Shown here: in pieces, positions 56,813 to 64,000 of the stretch
Layout: every line of letters begins with the position of its first letter
How positions within the stretch are numbered: the first letter of the stretch is position 1
Assembly: GCF_009914755.1 (NCBI RefSeq)
Contig: NC_060939.1
Length of the DNA: 64,000 nucleotides
Strand: one strand, 5' to 3'
Origin: the human T2T-CHM13v2.0 reference genome, Homo sapiens
Notes under the pieces: model-generated
The model's input: the letters and a program-made list of their open reading frames with translations, nothing else
Database searches by the model: none
What the model was told of the DNA's origin: nothing
Translations under genes and position numbers: made by a program

Positions 56813-58197
56813 CTTTGTGGATTTATCTACCTTTGGTCTTTGATGTTGGTGACCTTCAGATGGGGTCTTTGAGTAGACTTGCTATTCATTTCTGTTTGTT
56901 AGTTTTCCTTCTAACAGTCAGGCTCCTCTGCTGAAGATCTGCTGGAGTTTTCTGAGGTCCACTCCAGACCCTGTTTGCCTGGATATCACCAGCGAAGGCT
57001 GCAGAACAGCAAAGATTACTGCCTGTTCTTTTCTCTGGAAGCTTTGTCCCAGAGGGGCACCTGCTAGATGCCTGCCAGAGCTCTCCTGTATGAGGTGTCT
57101 GTCAGCCCCTACTGGGAGTTATCTCCCAGTCAGGATACACGGGGGTCAGGGACCCACTTGAGGAGGCATTCTGACCCTTAACAGAGCTTGAATGCTGTGC
57201 TGGGAGGTTTGCTGCTCTCTTCAGAGCTGTGAGGCAGGAATGTTTAAATCTGCTGAAGCTGCACCCATAGCCACCCCTTCCCCCAGGTGCTCTGTTCCAG
57301 GGAGATGGGGGTTTTATCTATAAGTCCCTGACTGGGGCTGCTGCCTTTTTTTCAGAGATGCCCTGCCCAGAGAGCAGAAATGTGGCAGTCTGGCCACAGC
57401 AGCCTTGCTGAGCTGCAGTGGGCTCCACCCAGTTTGAACTTCCTGGCAGCTTTGTTTACACTCTGAGGGTAAAACTGCCTACACAAGCCTCAGCAATAGT
57501 GGATGTCCCTCCCCCCACCAAGCTCAAGCATCCCAGGTCCATCTCAGACTGCTGCTGTGCTGGCAGCAAGAATTTCAAGCCAGTGGATCTTAGTTTGCTG
57601 GGCTCCATGGCATGGGGCCCACAGAGCCAGACCACTTGGGTCCCTGGCTTCAGCACCCCTTTCAAGGGGAGTGAACGGTTCCGTCTCGCTGACATTCGAG
57701 GTACCACTGGGGTTTGGAAAAAAAACTTCTGCAGCTAGTTTGGTGTCTGCCCAGTTTTGTGCTTGAAACTCAGGGCCCTGGTGGGGCAGGCACTGGAGGG
57801 AATCTGCTGGTCTGTGGGTTGTGAAGACCATGGGAAAAGTGCAGTATCTGGGCTGGAGCACACAGTTCCTCAGGTTCCTTCCCCCACGACTTCCCTTGGA
57901 TAGGGGAGAAAATTCCCCGACACCTGTGCTTCCCAGGTGAGGCGACACCCCACCCTGCTTTGGCTCGCCCTCTGTGGGTTGCACCCACTGTCCAATCAGT
58001 CCCAGTGAGATGAACTGGATACCTCAGTTGGAAATGCAGAAATCACCCACCTTCTGTGTCAATCGCGCTGGGAGCTGCAGACTGGAGCTGTTCCTATTTG
58101 GCCATCTTTGCTAATATTGGTATTTATTTCTTAATGGCTTAATAATAGTCAGTTGAATGAATGTACAACTGTTTACCTAAATGTTCTTATAGTTGCT

Positions 58198-58558
58198 TTG
58201 GCAGACACCGTAGGTTGGCTCAACAAACCCAACCCCTTTATCCCTTTCCTGATTACTATAGAGAAAGTGAAAATCAAGTATCAATTTTCCAGCTTTCCTT
58301 ATAGCAAGAAGTGGTCATCTGACTGGCCTGGAGTTATGGGCGAAAGTCTGCTGGCACAGTCACTTTCCCCTCTTACGCCTTGAATGGAGGCATGATGGTT
58401 GAAGTTGTAGCTGCTGTCTGAGAAAATAAGGAAGACAATTGTTGAGAGACCTGAGTATCTTGAGACTTCTTGCTATTATGGAAATAGACCCCCATTTATT
58501 TATGTCACTTTGGTTGGGTTTTGTTTTAATTATCAGTAGAAACATTTCTTTCTGAAAT
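58198..58558 (+). mobile_element. MaLR LTR (MLT1I/J-like) remnant
   Basis: TGGCAGACACCGTAGGTTGGC start, GCCTTGAATGGAGGCATGATGGTTGAAGTTGTAGC, ACTTTGGTTGGGTTTT. Confidence 0.6.
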
Positions 58559-58873
58559 ATTTATTTATTCATTTATTTGACTGTAAATGAGTTTTTTATA
58601 ATTTTGTAAAACTTTTATTATAGCAAACTTTTGATATTTACAAAAGTCAAGAGATTAGTGTAAATTATTGCCCCATTAACCCTTCACCATGTTCAATAAT
58701 AATCAACTCATGGACTATATTATTTCATTTAAATATTCCTTGATCACAATTTGTTCCACATAGTATTATATTGATAATTATGTTTATCAATATTACATTA
58801 GATATCACTAATAAATATGTAATTATCTAGTGATCAGTTTCCATGAATAAAGCTTTTGCTGTTATTAGGATCA

Positions 58874-59186
<313 letters not shown>

Positions 59187-60397
59187 AAAGAAATTTTGTG
59201 TCATGTAATGGTCTTTGTCTTTTGGAAAACAGGTTGTAAGTAATTTAGGCATGGTCTACTACTGCGTAAATCTTAGAAGAGATCATTGAATGTTCATAAA
59301 TTGATAAAATAAAAACATATATTTTATAAATATATTTCAGACTGTTTTAATAAACATAATTAAAAGATATCCCAGCTGAAGTAAGCTGTATATCTAATTA
59401 GTAATACATACAAATCCCTTGTAGACAAGTTTTCTATTCTCCAGCTGTCTGTGAGATTAGAATGTGTGCAGATAGCTGAAGAATGAATAGTGCTTTTTGT
59501 GTTTCTTAGGCATTACAGACGAGAAGGATTTACTCGACTTTGAATTCATTATATCATTACTATTTCCTCCAGTTTTATAATGTCAATTCCAAATTATTCA
59601 AAGGTTTGTGAAATTGCTGTTCTTTGAGCATTGAAAATATGAACTAAGACTAACATTAATCCATTGTTCAATCTTAATGTCTTTAACAAAGATCGGTCTC
59701 TTGTAAAATGTAAAAAAATTAAGTCTGAGTCTGTAGGTAAGATTGAGGCCACTTAGTCCAGTATATTTTAACTTTAGCATTCTCTTTCTTCAGAGCTCTG
59801 CCAACATTTTATTTGATTTTTACTTTAAAATGCATCTCAAACAAAATGATAATAAAAACAACACATGAATTTAAATATGCTAATGTCCATTAGTGACCAT
59901 CATCAAGTCAACTTTAATTGCCAATGTAGAGTTCCTTAGGAGAACACTTCTCTAGTCATCTTCATGAATACATTTGAATATCATATAAACACATTTTTGG
60001 TTGAAAAGTGTGTAACTATCACTGTTTCATTTGGTGTTTGATTTTCACCTTACTTGTAAGAAATGTAAAAAAAATACTCCTAGAGCATATATGTACCAAA
60101 TACAATTAAGTGACAGTAAGGCAAGATCTAATAATGAATTGTGCCACAGTCTTTCATTGTAGTGTTAGCACTTCCTCTAAGTTGAGTGCTGCTGTGCTCT
60201 TCTGGTTCAATTTAGTCAATTTTTCTGAGCTTGTGTATTTGTTTAGCAAAGGTGTCATTTGTAAATACTTCTTTGTGAATCAGTATTTTCTTCTTAATGT
60301 TGGATATTAGTATGAGTATTATTACAATATTCAATGTTATTATCATAATAATACATGGGATGGTGAAGTGGATATATGTTTTTCACCCCTAAGCCTT

Positions 60398-60820
60398 ATG
60401 GCAGACTAGATACTTACTTAATTTCCACTCCATCCCTCTTCCTTAAAGGGAACCAGGTCATGTTCAGGGCAACTAGTTGCTCAGCTGAAAAGTATTCATG
60501 TTTCTCAGCCTCCCTAAAGATGTAAGGAGTGCCTGCTGTGGATTTTTAGAAAATTCTGGCTTTCTAAATGTGGGGACTATCCCATATTCTTTAGCAATTC
60601 CTTTTTTATTATGTCTGGCATCATCTTCCATTAGCATTAAAAACCACACCCTAAGGTGAATAGAAACATCAGAGACACCCGGGACACTGATGACCTCATG
60701 AAACTACTCCACCTGTCCTGGATGACCTACCTCCTAACTTTTTCTCTAATGAGAAAAATAAACTTCTATTTGGGAAGCCAACATAGTTAGGTTACTGAGG
60801 TTTTCTGTTACATGTAATTA
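60398..60820 (+). mobile_element. MaLR LTR (MLT1J-like)
   Basis: TTCTCAGCCTCCCT, CACACCCTAAGG, CTGATGACCTCATG, GAGAAAAATAAACTTCTAT, TTTTCTGTTACATG. Confidence 0.65.
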
Positions 60821-60899
60821 CTTTAAGACTGTGGAAATCACTGACAGAGTCCAGCCTCCTCATTTTGTAGAGAAAGTAACTGAACCCTGCTTTCCTCCC

Positions 60900-61085
60900 T
60901 CACTTCATAATACCTTATCCAACAGTGAAACTCTATGTTTATTTACTATTTGTCTTCTTCACTAGAATGTAAGTTCTATGAGGTCAAGGACTTGGTCTTT
61001 CTTATCTATTGCTATATCCCTAGCACCTAGAAGTCTTGTCTCACACAGAGGAGACAATCAAGCTCATTGAATAAATGAAAGAATC
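60900..61085 (+). mobile_element. LINE-2 3' end (inside a MIR)
   Basis: CACTAGAATGTAAGTTCTATGAGGTCAAGGAC, GCTATATCCCTAGCACCTAGAA, TTGAATAAATGAA. Confidence 0.75.
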
Positions 61086-61253
61086 AGTGAGTCCTCAATG
61101 GGGTCCAATGGACTGGATCCGGAAAATGGTAAAAATAGAGATTAAGATCCAACCTCCTGATTACCAGCTCAGTCATCTCTCATTATACTACTTGATGCTT
61201 TGGGAACTTTTTCGAGTACATGGATAGCAACAATAATTTTATACATACATTTA

Positions 61254-61393
61254 TTTTATTGTTTCCTTGTTTTTGTAGGGATGGGGGTCTCACTATGTTG
61301 TCTAGGCTAGTCTTGAACTCCTGGCCTCAAGTGATCTTCCCATCTCAGCCTCCCAAATAGCCAGTATTATAGGCGTGTGCCATGGAACCTGGC
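61254..61393 (-). mobile_element. Free left Alu monomer (FLAM-C-like)
   Basis: Single monomer; 14-bp TSD TATACATACATTTA (61240-61253 / 61394-61407). Confidence 0.92.
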
Positions 61394-62002
61394 TATACAT
61401 ACATTTAAATGGCAATACATTACAACTCAACTGAATTGATCCACAAGGTCATCACACTGTTATAGCATCATCTATTCAGGCCTTACCCAATGCCATTTTG
61501 GCCACTTTTCCTGAATTTCCTTGATGAGAAGCTATCCCTTAAATGACACTCTACGTAGACCCCTTTCTTGGAAAATCAGAAAGTGTATTAGCATATTAAA
61601 AGTTCTTCTATGTGCTGTAATTTAAAAAATCCATTTAACTTTACCTTGACACTTTCCAGATTTATTTTCTCTGAGAATGCCCCGACTGCCTTCATTTTCT
61701 GTCTAACCCCTACTAAAAATCCTGGGGGATTAATGTTGTACTTTGAAAAACTCTTGGTCTTGATAACTGTAGTTCTAGTTGAGTATTTTAAGTCCTTTGA
61801 TTTTGTATAATAAAAACCTTGCTGAGCACTGGCATCTTGTGATAAAAATGCTGCTCTATACAAATGTTCTCTTATTGGGCTAACTCTTCCAGCTGTGAGA
61901 CCCATGCTGATAGTTCAATATAAGATCTTCTACATTACTTCCTCCTGCTGGTGCACATAGTCCTAAAAATGCAGACTTTCTCCTTTTATACAGAGATAAT
62001 GA

Positions 62003-62004
62003 CC

Positions 62005-62048
<44 letters not shown>
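62003..62048. repeat. (CAC)n(CAT)n compound trinucleotide repeat
   Basis: Directly visible. Confidence 0.97.
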
Positions 62049-62049
<1 letters not shown>

Positions 62050-62451
62050 TTCTACTGTTAAAGTTGGGACTATTCAATTATTTTTAAACCAGTCATGCTT
62101 ATCTTTTAAATATGGTGCTAGTGAAACTATTTGAAATGATCAGGGTAAGATGGTAAGGTTATTGAGTGCAGCTTTTCTTGACCTAACTGGTTCTAAAAGT
62201 CTATTGAAATTCTTTTCCAGACACATACACACACACACAAACGCATACACACTAACACACTTTTTTTTCTCCTAATAGCTATATTCTTCAAAAAAATCAA
62301 ACATTTCCCCAAACAGTAGCCTAAAGAGGGAGGTTACCCTGATCTCTTCTGATTCCCTAGTAAATGAGAAAAGAATCAAAAGGTATTGGCTCCCCAAGGG
62401 AGCAGGGAGCTGACTATTGACTGGGCCATTTTAAAGTTAGGTTTTTATTCT

Positions 62452-62790
62452 GGCTTTATTGAGGTATAATTGACAAAATGTGTATGTATTTAAGGTGTAC
62501 AATATGATAATTTGATATGTATACATTGTGAAATGATTCTATAATTAAGCTACTTAACACATCTATCACCTAATATTCCAATTTTAAAAAAATATAAGAA
62601 TACTTAGTATCTACTTCCATAACAAATTTCAAGTATACAATACAGTATTATTGGTAATAACTATGACTATATTCGCTATGCTGTACATTAGAGTCCCAGA
62701 ACTCATTCATCTTGCAACTGAAAGTCTGTCCACTTTGACCAACACTTCTCCATACACTGCCCCCCACCCCATCCCCAACTGTCCCCCACA
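62452..62790 (-). mobile_element. L1MA (MA8/9-like) 3' end
   Basis: TTTATTGAGGTATAATTGACAAA, AAATTTCAAGTATACAATACAGTATTATT, CATCTTGCAACTGAAAGT. Confidence 0.85.
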
Positions 62791-63140
62791 CCATGCTCAC
62801 TTCCTCTTGAGGGTTTTGTGCTTATCTCTACTGGCTGGACGTTCTTCCAATGTGTTTCCATATAGTAACCTCATTTTCATCCTTAAAGACTCAGATTAAT
62901 GTCACATCTCAGAGAAGCATTCTCTGATTATATTAACACCATCAGTATTCTGTGCACTATATCCTGTTACACTATTGCACTTATTTATGTATATGTTTAT
63001 TATCTGCCTATGTCCACTGGAATATAAGCTCTTTGAGGTCAAAGAATTTGATTATTGTGTATCCTTAATGCCTAATAGACAGCATCTCATAACAAGTGCT
63101 CTGCAAGAATTGCAAGAATCTGTTGACTCTCTGAATAAAT
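62790..63140 (+). mobile_element. LINE-2 3' end
   Basis: AATGTCACATCTCAGAGAAGCATTCTCTGA, CCACTGGAATATAAGCTCTTTGAGG. Confidence 0.7.
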
Positions 63141-63258
63141 CTAAATTGTTATAAACACATCATTTTCCTCTTTGTCTCAAATCGCTTCCTTCAAACCACT
63201 TTCCTTGCAAATTAAACTTCTTGAAAATCAACTTCTTGTGTTCAAAAGCATGCAGTAG

Positions 63259-63642
<384 letters not shown>

Positions 63643-64000
63643 CAGTCTCTCTGCTTCTGAGATGGTTCCTTTTTAGTTTCTTATCTTGGCTATTGTCCTT
63701 CCCATGAGAAAGTCTCACCCAGTTCTGCATGGTTCAAGTCCCATCTCCCCAACAGATAACTACCCCACCCTAGAGAAAGCTCTTCGTTTTCTGCCATATG
63801 TATATTTTATTTTATATTGTCATCAGATTAGTATAACATATATCCTATTTCATCTTTGTGTAGAAAATCTCCAGAAAGTCAAGCCTGAATCCTACTATTA
63901 AAATACCCCCTCGATCTTCAATCATATTATTCCGCAAATAGTACATCTATTTAATTCAAAATTAATGAGGGACTAGAATGATACCCTATGGATTTAATAA

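Noticed and set aside
62003-62048. (CAC)n(CAT)n could encode poly-His
   Set aside because: No surrounding ORF of 60 aa or more and no coding context; simple microsatellite

Overview
AT-rich, CpG-poor primate (human-like) genomic DNA; the exact locus cannot be named from sequence alone. No protein-coding host exon, rRNA, tRNA or CRISPR array is supported. Much of the window is interspersed repeat: a full-length but dead L1PA7-like LINE-1 (51378-58108, minus, with an AluY inside), a 4-kb L1PA whose 5' part is missing, several old L1M/L2/L3/MIR fragments, about 18 Alu/FLAM copies, about 15 LTR remnants (MaLR, ERV1, ERVL, an HML-5-type LTR22 with a perfect 6-bp TSD), one Tigger-type DNA transposon and a 34-nt U2 snRNA retrocopy. 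The ORF-track entries are L1 ORF1/ORF2 debris, Alu/LTR read-through or chance ORFs. I do not see a new multi-gene system. The observations most worth checking are: (i) a compact CCAAT/E2F/TATA plus strong splice-donor cassette at 884-1088 that looks like a + strand first exon; (ii) a recursive-splice-site-like AG|GTAAGG at 35879/35880; (iii) a set of short inverted or direct templated insertions, including a ~104-nt hairpin at 4298-4401; (iv) an orphan poly(A)-tailed insert inside an old L1 at ~13101-13426; (v) a CpG-enriched, motif-dense unique segment at ~43955-44470; (vi) an open ORF0-like frame in the L1 5'UTR. Repeat subfamily names come from recalled consensus sequences, not a database search, and boundaries of old repeats are approximate (+/- tens of bp).
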